Source of the DNA: Monocercomonoides exilis PA203
Taxonomy: Eukaryota; Protista; Preaxostyla
Direction of reading: 5' to 3'
Length of the DNA stretch: 64,000 bases
NCBI GenBank assembly: GCA_001643675.2
Contig: LSRY02000054.1
Span: 124,001 to 188,000 of the forward strand
Shown: positions 27,735-40,735 of the stretch, piece after piece
Numbering within the stretch: the first letter of the stretch is position 1
Layout: each line of letters begins with the position of its first letter
The notes under the pieces: model-generated
Databases searched by the model: none
Seen by the model: the letters and a program-made list of their open reading frames with translations, nothing else
What the model was told of the DNA's origin: nothing
Made by a program: the position numbers and the translations under genes

Positions 27735-30700
27735 ATGCATTTGCTCCTTTTTGCATGTTTGACTCTTGGAAAGGCATTTGAAGCACAAGATATCTCTGGA
27801 ACAGTCACATTGGAGAACAAAGGTATTCTTTCGAATTTTTGTTTAATTCATGAATTGTGTTTATTTTGGTGAAGGAAACTCAAATAATGCACAATTTCAA
27901 TCGAAAGTCGATAACAATCATTTGTTCCAGCAGAGTTCATTTTCAGGAGAGAAAACATTGCAACCAAGAATATCTTCAGTCAAAAACACATTTTTAGAAT
28001 TCTTCAATTCTACAGTTGGACTGAAAAATGTGGCACTTGAACATTCTTCTTCACCTTTGATGCTTATCGCAGGTAAATCAAAAATAACGTTGGATTTGTG
28101 CATTTCCCACCAAGAATCGACATCTCCTTTTCATTTGCAAAGTGGAACTGTCAACATGGTGAATTTGAGTTTGACCCCCCAAATGAATATCAACCCTTCC
28201 AGTCTTGTTTTTTCATCTGATGATTTAAATTCTGCCATTTTGAGAAATTCCATCGTTACAGATCTGACTGTTTCCTCTTCAGATTATTTCCTATTATCCG
28301 GAAAGAGCCAAAGTGAACAGATTTCTAACTGTGTCTTCAGGAACATGTCTGTGAAATCTGACAAGAACAGTGATTATCAGATGGACCATTCATGCTTGTT
28401 GAGTTCAATGGAGAACTGCGTCATTTATTCGTGCGTGAATGTATTTGAAGGAGGTGTTTCAAGTGGATCGCTTTCTTCAGAGAAATTTGCATGTGAAAAC
28501 ACATCGATAAATTTCGGGAAAAGAGAAACAAATGCACTTGAGAAAAAAGGGCAAATGAATTTGACAGATAGCCAATCCTTTTCATTGTGTGAATGGACTG
28601 ATTGCACAGCACCACAAGGAGGTGCACTTTATGTTCATGACAATACAAATGCAATCCTTTCTGTTGAGAACTCTTCCTTTTTGAGATGCAACGCTTTGTC
28701 CACGTTTGGCGGAGGAATATATGCTTTGAATATCGCTGAATGTATTGTGCTCCATACCACATTCGTCCAATGTTCTGCAGCAGCAACCACGGATAATGGG
28801 GTGGTGCAATAACGATTGAAAATATAAATATTCAGCTAATTGTTGATGATTGCTCTTTCAAAAATTGCTCATCCGGAAACGACGGAGGTGCAGTTGGACT
28901 CAGTTGGTCGAAAACAGAAAAACAGAAAGAATGCATCATTAATTCGCATTTTGATTACTGTCGATGCAATAGCTCTTCAAATGGTGCAGGAGGTGCGATT
29001 GAACATTGGAATCCTGCGGAAATAGTTGTAATTTCAAACTGTCTATTCTGCAATTGCTATTCAATGTGCGGAGGAGGTGCTGTTTACCAACACATAAATA
29101 CAAACAATTACGGAATTTTGTTTTATTTCTGCTTTTTCCACAACAATTCATGTGTGAAAGGAGGACATGATATTGTTCTTCAGGGATCAAAAGAAAACAA
29201 CATTGATTCCACTTGCTTTTCAACAAGGCAAACAGATAACAGAGTGAGCACAGAATATAGATTAATAATTGATAAAAGTGAATGTCTTCGAAATGATTTT
29301 GGAAAAGTCAGATTTGTCTCCTCGGTTCAAACAGAACCCAGTGCCATTGATGCATATGCATGCGGACTGCATGAAAGCCATCCTTGCTGCACCATCAGCC
29401 ACTGTTACACTCAACTAATTCCTGATTGTGTGAGCGATATCGAGATACTCACAGGCACGATTTCAGAGACAAAAAGTGTGGACTGCAATATCAATTCTTT
29501 CACAATATTTGGCCAAAGCGATTTGAGTTCAATGGTCCATATTGAATTTGAAGCATCTCGTTTGTCTCTTTTTTCAGTCTCCACAGGAACGTTATCTGTC
29601 AGGGACTTTGTTCTTGTGCATGACTCGGTTCATCCGAATAACCGTGGGTCAAGGCTGTTTGAGATAAGTGGAGTTGGAGGAATGAGGATCAGCAGATTAA
29701 ATATATCTGCTGGAAGTGGGCAAACTTCAGAAACAGCTTTTTCGACAGAACTGATAAACGTTCAGAATGGGATGTTGCAAATGGAACATGTGAACTGGGC
29801 AAAGACTATCTCCACAAATTCATTGTTTTCGCTTTCTTCAACAAATGAAATATCGTTGACACTTTCTGAGTGTGCCTTCAGTGGAATCAAAAGAACAACT
29901 AACGGAGCAGCTGTGATGTCATTTTCCAATGACAAGCCAAACATCGATCTGAATTCTTGTTCATTTTTTGGATGTGGAAGCACAACATCAGAAAATGGAG
30001 GATCAATGATGCTGTGTGCAGGGAATGAAAACGAAGTGAAAGTGAAAGGCGGATCTTTTGATGGCTGCTTTTGCTCAACGTCCAATGGTCTTGGGGGAGG
30101 AATTCTTCTTCGATTGTTGAATGAAAATCCAGATTTCCTGATTTCTTCCTCATTCGGAACAAACGCAGCCAAATGGGGGAATGATATCTTCGTCATTTCA
30201 CCAGATTTGGAAGAAACAGCAAAATCAGAAAAAATCACATGTGTGACAGCCTCTTTGGATCCTGTTGAGAAGGTGAGAGGATATGACAATGGAAACATCA
30301 GTGTGGCCATTCCTCTGTGCATCTATCTCCTTCCCACCCCAGAAGAAATATATGCGAGCAATTCTGAGGCATCCGATCACTCACATTGTGGAATTGCTCA
30401 ATTCCCTTGTTTGACAATAAAGCACTCACTCACACGACAAACAGAAGAAAAGAAAGTTGTTGTGAATGGAATGATTCAGATGAGCGATGAATTGGCATTT
30501 GGTGAACAGAAGCATGAAATCAAAGGAAACGATGATCAAAGTGGCTGGATAGTCTCCGATATTGAAATTGAATCTGATGCTGCGATGCTAACCACAAATG
30601 TTGAAACGGACTTGTCAAAGCTCATCTTCTCTCTTCCATCTTCTCTTTCGTCACACTCCACTTTAATTTCTTCTTTGTCTTCTTCGTTGACTCTGTCCCA

Positions 30701-33700
30701 TTGTTCTATTTCTCTTCAAATGCATTCATCAAAATTGACATTTCTGTTCTTATCAGTTGAGTCTGGCACCTTGGCCATTGATTCGTTTTCAGCTTCGTCA
30801 ATCACTTTGAGTGGAAATCCGTTAATCTCTTTATGTGGAAGTGGAACAAATACCGAGTCAATGAGCACCAAATGGTTGAACATGACGAAAAGCAATTACA
30901 CAAAAATCGAAAGAGCAGCTGGAAGTGGAGGCTGCATCAACATTGACAACATCGTTGATGAAAATACGAACACACAAATAAATATTGAAGAATGTGATTT
31001 TGAGGAATGCTCTGTGCAGGCTGATGGAAGCAGAGGAGGGGCTATCAATGCCCAATTGAAGGGGAGCACTCAAATGAATGTTATTTCATGCACGTTCACA
31101 GGATGCACAGCACCAGCTGAAGAAGAAAAGATTGGGTTTGGAGGAGGAATGGCACTGAAGCTGATTGATGATGGTTCTTCATTTATGATCTCATCCCCCA
31201 TTTTTGAGGCAGACAAGCCAAATTCTGCAAAATATGGAAATGACCTGTTTGTTGTATCATTCAACTTGACGAAGAGCATCACAAATGACTCACTTCCATT
31301 TGTGTCTGGGCATCTGGATGATATTTCATTGGATTCAATGAGGGGCTTTGATGGAAGTGACACAACGAATGCCATTTCATTGGCATATTTCTGGATCTCA
31401 CTTGGCTCAGAGATATTTGTTGGCGGTGAAGGGAAAGATATTGGTGCCTGTGGATTCTCAGATTATCCTTGTCAATCAATTGATTATTCATTGGAGAGAA
31501 TACTTGTTGGAAATGAAAGGAAAATTAACATCATTGGAAAAGGAATTCTCCAGAAGGGTGCTGATTTCAGTGGAATTTCAATAAGCTCAAATAATGAAGA
31601 AATGTGCTCTTTGGAATGTCTCTCATCACTTGAAGGAGCAGAAGGAGCAGCAATGAAGATTTCTGGAATTGCCAATTTCGAACTGATTAGCTTTGTGATG
31701 CCATCTTCATTCACAAATGGAGTCAATTATTTGATGCTTGTTGACTCAAGTGAAGGAATATTGACTCTGAAAGACTGCTCGTTCACAAAAAATGAAGAAA
31801 GTGGAGAAGAAATAATGAATTTTGGTCTGATCAAAGCAGATGGAGGGACAGTTGTGTTGGAGTTTGGTACAATGCAATCACTCAGCTTTTCAAAAGATGT
31901 AATTTCTGTGTTGTCAACAACGATATTGAATGTGAAAAACCTGACAATGAAGAATGTTGAGCTGGAGGGAGCAAGCGGATTGAGCATTTCAAAGAGTTCA
32001 AGAAGAGAGACAAATGAAGAGGAACAAGATGTTCTTATTGAGTGGAGTTTATTCGAAAAAGTCACCCAGAACGCAACCGATGATATTCCCGTCATTCGAA
32101 ATGTGAATGATGAGCCATTGAAAATAGTGATAAGAAACACAACGATGAAGAAGTGTGGGGGAACAAGGTGCGGAAATGGAGGAGGGATGTTTTATGTTTT
32201 GAATGAGGGAGGGAGCTTCGATTGCTCATTTTGTACGATTTCTGAGTGCTTTTGCTCCACCACAGGAAGAGGTGGGTGGCTGTTTTTAGAATGCACCACG
32301 GTGGTTGAGCAGCCTCTGAATTTTATGTTATCCAACATCACATTCAAAAACAACGCTGCATATAGAGGGAGAGATGTGTATGTTCGATGCCACTCAATCG
32401 AAACACAAATTGTTGAAGAGCAATTCTTGTTGGATTTCAGATCGCCGTTTGTGAAAGAACTGGCTTTATGGGGCTGCACAACAGACTCGTTTGTGGAGGA
32501 AGAAGATCTTTTGCTGAGAGTTGTGAAATACCAGAGCGAGACGATATTTGTTTCTTCTGTTTCAGATAATCACGGAGACAGCAAGCAATGTGGAGAGTTC
32601 AGTGTTCCTTGTCAATCGCTGAATGTTGGAATCCAGCACGTTATTCCATCTCTGTACTCACAGCTGTTGATATCAGAAGAGACAATAATCAATGGAGAAA
32701 GCAGTGCTTTGAATGTGATCATCCGTTCATTGCAATCTCCCTCAGCTGCTTTGGTGCATCTGAACTCAACAATAACCAACAAAGGGAGTATTATCACTTC
32801 ATCAGAGACTGTTCGGATTGAAAAATTGAAATTCAATTTTGGTCAGTCATTTTCTTATTCTGGAAGTTCTATAATCTTCGAAGAAAATGGCCAGCTTTCT
32901 CTTTTGTCTGTTGATTTTTCTTCGATTTTGATATCAGAAAACATTGAATCTGTTGTTCTCAATTCAACATTGCTGAGCATCGAAAATGGAATTCTTCATG
33001 TTGACAACTGCTCGATAACAAAGCTTTCATTCAAGAAGTCTTCGTTTCTGTTATATGGAGATGAGATAAATATTACGAATGTTAAATTGAAACAAATTGA
33101 ATCAACAACAGATGTATTTGAGATTAGAAAATGTGGAAGTGTTGTGCTGAATGGAATTTATGCATATGGAGTGAAGCTGTCTGATTGCTGTATCATTTCG
33201 ATAAACTGTTCAGCTTCAGGAGCAATTACTCTTGTTGATTCATCATTCAACGACTGTTCAAGGAATTCAGAAGGAGCTTCTGTTTTCTCCGCTTCTTCAT
33301 CATCTGCTCATACAGTTCTTTCCAATTGTTCGTGTTCCAACTGCGTTTCTCACTCTGATAAAGGGAGCATCATGGAATTTGACAACATGACTGACGTAGC
33401 AATGGATTTATGTCGATTAACAGGAGCCCTTGTCAAAGAAAGTGAAAGCGAGAGAAATAATGATTTCAGAGAAATATGTGAATGGAATGGATCGCTTGTC
33501 CACATGGAAAACTCCAATCTTGACTCAAAAGAAATTAAGATTGAGGATTCTTCAAAGGGAGGAATTTCGATTAGAGGAGGAAAGACAGTTATTGAGATGG
33601 GAATGTTTGCAAACAACAATCCATTCATTGAAAAATATCCCTCTCTTCGTCAAAACATCATTTGTTCAGGTTCTGCATTACTGACCATTTCCAGCTTGAA

Positions 33701-35528
33701 AGGTGGAGATGGACAAGAGAAGAATTCTTCACTTTGGATTTTGAATGATGGATGTGATTTGAGAGGGATAGCAGGAGAAAGGTCATCTCCTTTCTTCATT
33801 CCAAGACTGGAAGATGCTTCTCTCATTGAAAATGGAAGCAATATTTTTATCAAATTCAAGGGATCTCTTTTTGTGCCATGTGACTTGTCATTCAGATTGA
33901 TATTCAAAACAGGAGATGTGGAATTGGTTGAGACATATCCATTTGAGGAAGACAGTTTCATATCAGAAACAGAAGTGATTGGGAAAATCCCATCAGAAAA
34001 TATTTCAACGATTGCAGATGAAACAGAGGTGTCGGTGATGATATTGTTTGGAAAGCAATTGGCTGCAACAAGCCCACAGATTCTGAAGAACAAAACAGAA
34101 TCAAAGGTCAAAGGAAATGAAAGGATTGTTGAAGGAGGAAAAGAAGGAAAATCTTACTGGTTGTTGATTGTGATTGTTCTTGTTGTTTTGTTTTTGATTG
34201 TTCTGATAATTTCGGTGATATTCATTGTTCGATGGAGAAAGGCAAAGAATGAAGAGAAGGATCTGAGAGAGATTGTGAATGATACTGTGAGAAAAGATCC
34301 GAAGGCATTTGAGATGGTGACGATGGAGATGTCACCTGAGGAGCAATGGAGGAGAGCAGAGAGGGAAGCAGAGAAGAAGAATGAAGAGAGGATAAAGAAG
34401 AGAGTGCATGCGAAAAGCTTGGGACATTCCGAGTCGTCAGAGCATTTGTTGAGTGAATGTGGCTCAACGGAATATATTTTGGGGAGAGACTCAGACAAGA
34501 TCCCAGAATGGATGCTAGAGAAGGTTGATGAGAAGGAAGAAGGGATAAGGAAGAGAACACTATGGCCATCTATCTCATCCATCTCATCCATTTCAACAAC
34601 TGATTCAGATTCAACATTTGTTCGTGGAGAGGATCTGTGCCCAACCACATCATCAATGTCGAATCTGGTGGATGCGATGGCCTGTTCATCTCCACATGAG
34701 AAGCTGATAGTGGATCTGAGGGATTCATTGTTCATGCTGCTCCACGGAAGGAATAAGACAAAAGAGATGGCAATTGGCACATTGAAGGAAAGAGAACAAA
34801 CAGCTGCTCAGATCCTGTTCTGGGTGGCGAACGGAGCCATTCACTCGTTTGATGAAATGGAGAATCCTCTTCAATCATTATCCAATTTGAGTCCTCACAT
34901 TGTTCTATTCTCAGAGCACATGGTCATCTGTATTGTGATGCACTCTGACTTATTGTCAGATGATGACTCAGATTCCTCATCCATTTCATCATCAACTGTT
35001 GTCACATCTGCCAGTGATGATGATGATGATGACTCTCTGCCTTCATCAGCCTTTGAGGAAGAAGATAGTTTCAAAAAAGAGTGTCTGAGATGGAAGGCAC
35101 CAGAACTGTTGATCAACAAGAAGATTGGAGCAACGAAGAAGACAGTGGTGTTTTCGATCGGGATGATGCTGTGGGAGTGTCTGACTCTTCAAATCCCATT
35201 TGGAGAATATGAGGCAGATGTGGCAGGGCAGAAGATTGTGAATGGGGAGAGACCAGGGCTGGAGAGCATATGGGAATCAGAGATGTGTGAGGCGGTGAAA
35301 AATGGGTTGGATGGAGATCCAGAAAGGAGAGCATCGCTTGTGCAGGTGAAGCGGTATCTGGTTGGGCGGTTGCCGTCTGGGTACACGATGGCGACGGTGT
35401 CAGATGCAATTGCATACTGCGATGGTTCGGATGTTTGTGAGTCAGAATACGTTGAGCGAAGCGGGGTTATTGTGAAGCTGCATTCTGGATCTGAAAGCGA
35501 AACGCAAACAAGAGAAAGCAGTGAGTGA
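27735..35528 (+). CDS. Large single-pass receptor-like protein (~2,580 aa after correcting one frameshift): signal peptide, GG(A/G)-rich Cys-rich beta-helix repeats, TM, kinase-like C-lobe (pseudokinase); right copy
   Basis: Exon 1 27735-27822, phase-1 intron 27823-27874. Repeated GGAL/GGAI/GGGI motifs and CGxxxxPCx(T/S)I modules. TM WLLIVIVLVVLFLIVLIISVIFIV followed by RWRK. Kinase-like LRWKAPE, VFSIGMMLWE, IPFG, GERP. A single missing G at ~28800 is intact in the left copy. Confidence 0.9.
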
Positions 35529-37287
35529 TGCAGAGTGGAGAGTGGGGCAAGCATTGATGAGTTTTGGGAAAAGGAAAAATAGAAAGAAAGATGAAGAAAT
35601 GTTTTTATGAATAAAGAATGAATTAGAGATGAGTAATAACAGAAATGGATTTGTTATTCTTTGTTTCGTTGGATTTATCCAAACAAAAAAGCGGAGGGCA
35701 GAGATATTTGCAAAAGGCGCCACTTTGTTTTTGTTAATTTATTTGCTATTCAACAACACCTTTTTGTTTTGTTGATCAAATTTTTGAAATACTTTTTATT
35801 GAAAGAAGATTTGTGTGTTTCGTTCATTTGCCAATAATTTTCCCTTGCCCATGATTGCATTTATATAGAAACAATTGCAGTGTTTGAATTCATCAGAAAC
35901 CCCAGGGTTTTTTTTTCTTCTGATTAATTTTTATTATTGCTTGCTTCGAAATATTTTCTGTTTTCTTGAATATATCACATGAACAATTTAATTTTTATAT
36001 AAACTCTTTTTTTGTTTTGTTTTATCCTTTATTCCTTTTTGTTGGGGATAATGTTGTTCTTCACTTATGTATTTATATATTTGTATTTGTATTTGTTTGT
36101 TTTTCATTATTTGTCAACCACTTGCATTTTTTGTTTGCTTCAGTAATTGTGCGATTTCACTTTTATGTTGTTGATATTGAAGCTATTTGTGTTGTTTGAA
36201 TTCTTTGAATGATATATTGTTTTGCATCACCATTTTCGCTGGGGAAGGGAGAATGAAGAATTTTGTGGAGCCATTCTTCTTCATCTCTACAAATCAAATA
36301 TTTTATTCTTTCATTCATTCATTCTTTCTTTCTTTTTTGTAACTCCGATTCTATTTTTCTCTGTTCTGCTTTTCGTTCATCTTCCATCTTTTAGATGAGA
36401 AGACGAGCACAGGAGCATTGCAAAACTCTTCATCTCGTACAATTTTGATTCGTTTTGAAAGAAAATGGTCTTCTTTTTTTCTTCCAGTTCATCATGACTC
36501 TTCTCCAGTGATTGCGTTTGAAAGGACGAATGAATGAATTTCGCATAATATATTCATTCACCTGTTGTATTTTGGAGCTTTCAGATTCGATTGAAAATAT
36601 AGAAAGAAATATATCAAGATTATAAAACAGATTTTTTTTTTTTTCATTTTCATAAATTGTCAAAAGCAAAAATAACAAAAAATGATTCAGAGAATCGGTT
36701 TTCTTCAAATATCAACTTGATTAACCAATTCTTTTGAATGAAAACAAAAAAAAAAAATATGTGTTTATTCTTGGTTTTATAAATCTCACTTAGAGTCCAT
36801 GATCCTTTCTTCAAAAACACAATTTGAAACATTTGATGAAATAGCGTATGGAATTGATGGAGATTTTTCTTTCAATATACACTGTCATTATTAAACTTAA
36901 CTCATTTTTTGCTCTATGAAGAGAAAAAAATTTATTCGGAGCAATTTTTACAAACCAAATTGAAAGTTACTGAATTCGCACTTAAAAAATACATAATCAT
37001 TGTTATTTGAGTTTACAAATTGAGGAATAATAATTGAAAACTCGAACATGAAAGAATGATTCCCATCTTTTCGTTGTTATTAATATTTTCAAAGAAAAGA
37101 GAATCATTTTTGATTTTCTGACAAGCACTTCAAGATGCTGAAAGAACAATCAAAAAGCTGAACAGCTCTTCTATTGGGAGATAGAAGCAGAGGTACATGC
37201 ATCTGTTTGCTCATAAACCGAGTGGGATAAAACATGAGAAGGCATTCTCCGTTTATCTGATGATTGTCACAGTGAGGCAGATCGGTA

Positions 37288-39787
37288 CCATTGGTGCCAA
37301 AACCGGGACCTTTCGCGAAACCCGGAACTTTTTATGAAACTGAACATTGATAATATTTTTCATTTTATGGAATTTTTTTTAAAATTCTCCTTTGTTTAAC
37401 AATAAATTTAAAAAACCATTGCATGTTTGTTATCAAACGGTTTCAAAACCGATGAAATGATAGAAAAACCATTCAACGATATTGAAAACCAGAATAAAAT
37501 GTTTCTTTGCACATGTTAAACACTTCTGAATAACAATAAAGATATAGTCAACAGCTTATTGAACAAATGATGAATCGATTTTAATTTCATTATTCATCTT
37601 TTTCTTCTTGCATTTTCTTTTTCAAGAAGTGGTTTTCGCGAACCTCCTTTTCTTTTTGAGAGATTATTGGAGATATGCATCTAGTCATCACGCCAACATG
37701 TCTCACTCTTGAAGCTGTCAAACGTTTTGCCTTCACCTTTGTTTTGGCGATTGATTCTTTTAATTCATCTACTTCAAATGCATCTATATCATCTTGTTGA
37801 ATATCCAGCATTCTTCTTTTTTCGAATTTCTTCGTGTCAGAAATCGAATTTTTTTCATTCACAATTGTCACTTTTACTTTTTTCATTCCGTTAACGCCTT
37901 CATCTTCATCATCCTTTGAATCTCTTGCATCTTTCAATTGCTTCCTTGTTTATGTAACACGTTTGCATAAGATATCCAGCTCTCTTTGAAGGCACTCAGT
38001 GCCTTTAATACAATTAGGTTGTGCTATTGCAGATTTTTCATCAAAATTCGTTTTTTTATCCATTTTCTTTGTCGGCGAAAATTTTCTGAACAATTCTGAT
38101 TGAAGATCCGTAGATGACTTGATAACTTTCTTCTCTGCAGACATTTGTTTTTAAAATCCACAAACTCGTGAAAGAACTTCAGTTGCGGGAATAGGCCAAA
38201 CGCCTGTTTTCAAAAAAGCAGTTCTAATTGTGGAAGGCTGAATTGCTTCCGCAATAGCATCAGGAAGAACTTGGGACAAAACAAACCTATAAGAATGCAA
38301 TAAGAAAGGATGTGGAATATGAAGCTGGTTGTAAAGCACAGATTTAAACCTGGAAAAAATACAACTGTCGCAAGGTTGTAGAAAATGAGTCATATTCGGA
38401 GGGAAATACTTAATTATTATTTGGGAATTTTTTGTAGCAGTAATAACTTCAGGGAAGAAATGCGTAACATGATTATCCATCAGAATTAATGCTCTCCTCA
38501 AGCGAGTTGGCTTCACTTTCTCTTTCATTTGAATCATCAAATCGTTGATAAAAATCGTCTTTAATAAATCGTTTGTGATCCATCCGGAGCTTGCGTAAAG
38601 ATATTTGATGGAAAATGAAGGAAAATTCGAAAACTTGGCAGGGATCAACCTGTTTGGTTAGAGCATATAACGATTTAAACATGAGCCATCAGCACCAACA
38701 CAAAAACATACAGTTGTATTCGAGACATTTTGTGGAGCTGGAGGTGAAGGAGGAAGTCGATCCTTCAGGCAAACAACAAGTTTTGACGCTTCTTGTCCAC
38801 ATCGAACAGAAGTTTCGTCAAAATAGAAAATAACTGATCCAACGATATCATTCTTTTTTTCCAAGTCAGCCAAATCAGTAAACCATGTTGGAATGGATTC
38901 TGGTGATTGTTCAATAATCTTTACAGCTTCCAACGGTTTCGCTGCAGCAGTGTGAAGGTTTTCACTTCTTTTCAACAATTCAAAAGCGAATTTCTTATCA
39001 ATGGTTCCATCTTTGTTTGCACTCTCCTTTCTTTTTTGCTTCAACTCAACGCACTGAAACAAAGAAAATAAATAAAATTTCAAACAAAAAAATAGAAATA
39101 CCATTGATTGGACATCTGAAACTCTCACTATTTCATGTTCAGATAATTTCGATAAAACCTGATTCTCTATTATTTCCAATTCTGAATATGAAATCGCAAG
39201 TTCCCGACCAATCCTTCCAACTTCTCACCCTTCCTTTTCTGCTTTTTTTGCACGGTTCCAAGATGATTAAGAAATCAATTGCGCTTTCGTTGCTTTTCTG
39301 CATGTAATTGGAATTTCTTTCTTTGCTACAAAAAGTTTTTGTGATCTGGATTTAATTTTTATATATCCAGATTTATCAATAACTTTTTGCAACTTGCAAA
39401 TGTCTGTTTGAGTTTTTTCCATAACACGTTATGGAATTGATCGAAGCAATAAAAAATCCTTTTTGGAAAAACAAAAAGTGAATTCAAGAAAAATTATATG
39501 AAATATTATTTCTTTTTTGTTTAATTACTGTGCGTTATTGTTTCGTCATAAATTTCTATGATATTTCTCAAATATCAAAAAAATTTATTAATGTTTTTCA
39601 TGAGTAAAATATATCAACACAAGAAAATGGTGCGCATAAAAGTTTTATTTATCCTTCGAATGTTTTATATTTAAAATTGTCTTATGTTTGTTTGAAGAAG
39701 AAATAAGCATTGCCAACAATTTCAATTTATTTCTGGATAACGAATGGTTCCGGGTTTCGTAAAAGGTCCCGGTTTTGGCACCAATGG
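37288..39787 (-). mobile_element. pogo/Fot1-like (Tc1/mariner superfamily) DNA transposon with 41-bp TIRs
   Basis: TIRs 37288-37328 (ccattggtgccaaaaccgggacctttcgcgaaacccggaac) and 39747-39787 match at 39/41. Flanks are TA (left) and TG (right), consistent with a mutated TA target-site duplication. Confidence 0.93.
37590..39422 (-). pseudogene. DDE_1 (pogo/Fot1-type) transposase, disrupted
   Basis: FYFDETSV, CVGADGS, SSGWITNDL, LILMDNHVTH, YFPPNMTHFLQPCDSCIF. 48-nt GT-AG intron 39054-39101, frameshift at ~38650, in-frame stops. Confidence 0.88.
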
Positions 39788-40735
39788 TGCGTTAAACTCG
39801 AAGAAGCTAGAGTACTCTCAGAAAGTTACAGGCAAATTATTTGAAGAAAGGACATTTGCGCGTGATGAAGCAGTGGAATCAAAAGAATAAAAAGAAGAAA
39901 TGATCGATAATCTCACAGTCTGCCTGAAGAAGACAAGCAATCAAACAAAATGCAGAAAATGCATTAGGCTTTAACAAAAATAATAAAACTCTTGCATTTA
40001 TCAGAATTTTATACACTTCATGTGAAGATCGAAATAAGGTTGACTTAACAACCAGATCATATGTTCCTGCAATTTATTTAATCGGTCGCATGTGTTGCAT
40101 TCATCAAAGCTATTGATCATGCACTCACCTGCATCTTCACCTTTCCTATTATAACGAACTCGTTCATTGCCTCTCTTTGCAAACCTGAATTTTAATTCTG
40201 CAATCATACATCTGACAAAAATCAACAATTCATTCTGCCTTTTTTTCTCTCCTCCTTGGCTCATTTTGCCTCTCTCTCCTTCACTCCATTCACTTTATTC
40301 TGCAACCTCCAAAACAGAATCTTTCAATGAACTTGATGCTCATCATTACATCTGGCTGTATCATTCCTTCCACTATTTTCTTCCTCACATTCTTATCCAT
40401 TTCAATGCGCAGCTCCACCTGAGCCTCGATCGTTTTCATCTTAACTTGAGAATCTCTCCTTTATCCATATGCTCCACAATCAATCAGTGTTTCATGTTCT
40501 GGTAAAAATTATACGAAAAGTGGCTTTTCTGTATTTGAAATTTGTTTTTCATTCGTCTTCCTCTTCTTTCTCTTCATAGTTCTACTCCGCTAGATATATT
40601 CATTCATTACAATTCGCAATGGAGCGAATCAACAAACGTAAGTTGCAAGTTTGCTCCTCGATAATGAGTATTATTTTTAATTATGGGTAGTTTGAGATCA
40701 AACTTCGCCAACAATTTAACCTCCTTTGCATTCCA

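Larger units (their letters stand above)
12270..36721. repeat. Giant palindrome (inverted duplication), arms ~12.2 kb, 12-nt loop at 24478-24489
   Basis: ORFs of the left arm recur mirrored in the right arm. Centre ctcggagaaa-taggattctgag-tttctccgag. The differences I found are almost all homopolymer length changes. Confidence 0.97.

Noticed and set aside
15205-28805. Programmed frameshifting or phase variation at homopolymers in the receptor genes
   Set aside because: The runs are short (3-6 nt) and similar indels occur throughout the non-coding parts of the arms. Sequencing error is the simpler explanation.
13268-35723. Numerous 60-200 aa ORFs antisense to or overlapping the large receptor genes
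   Set aside because: They are shadow ORFs of the real CDS. Their duplication only reflects the palindrome.
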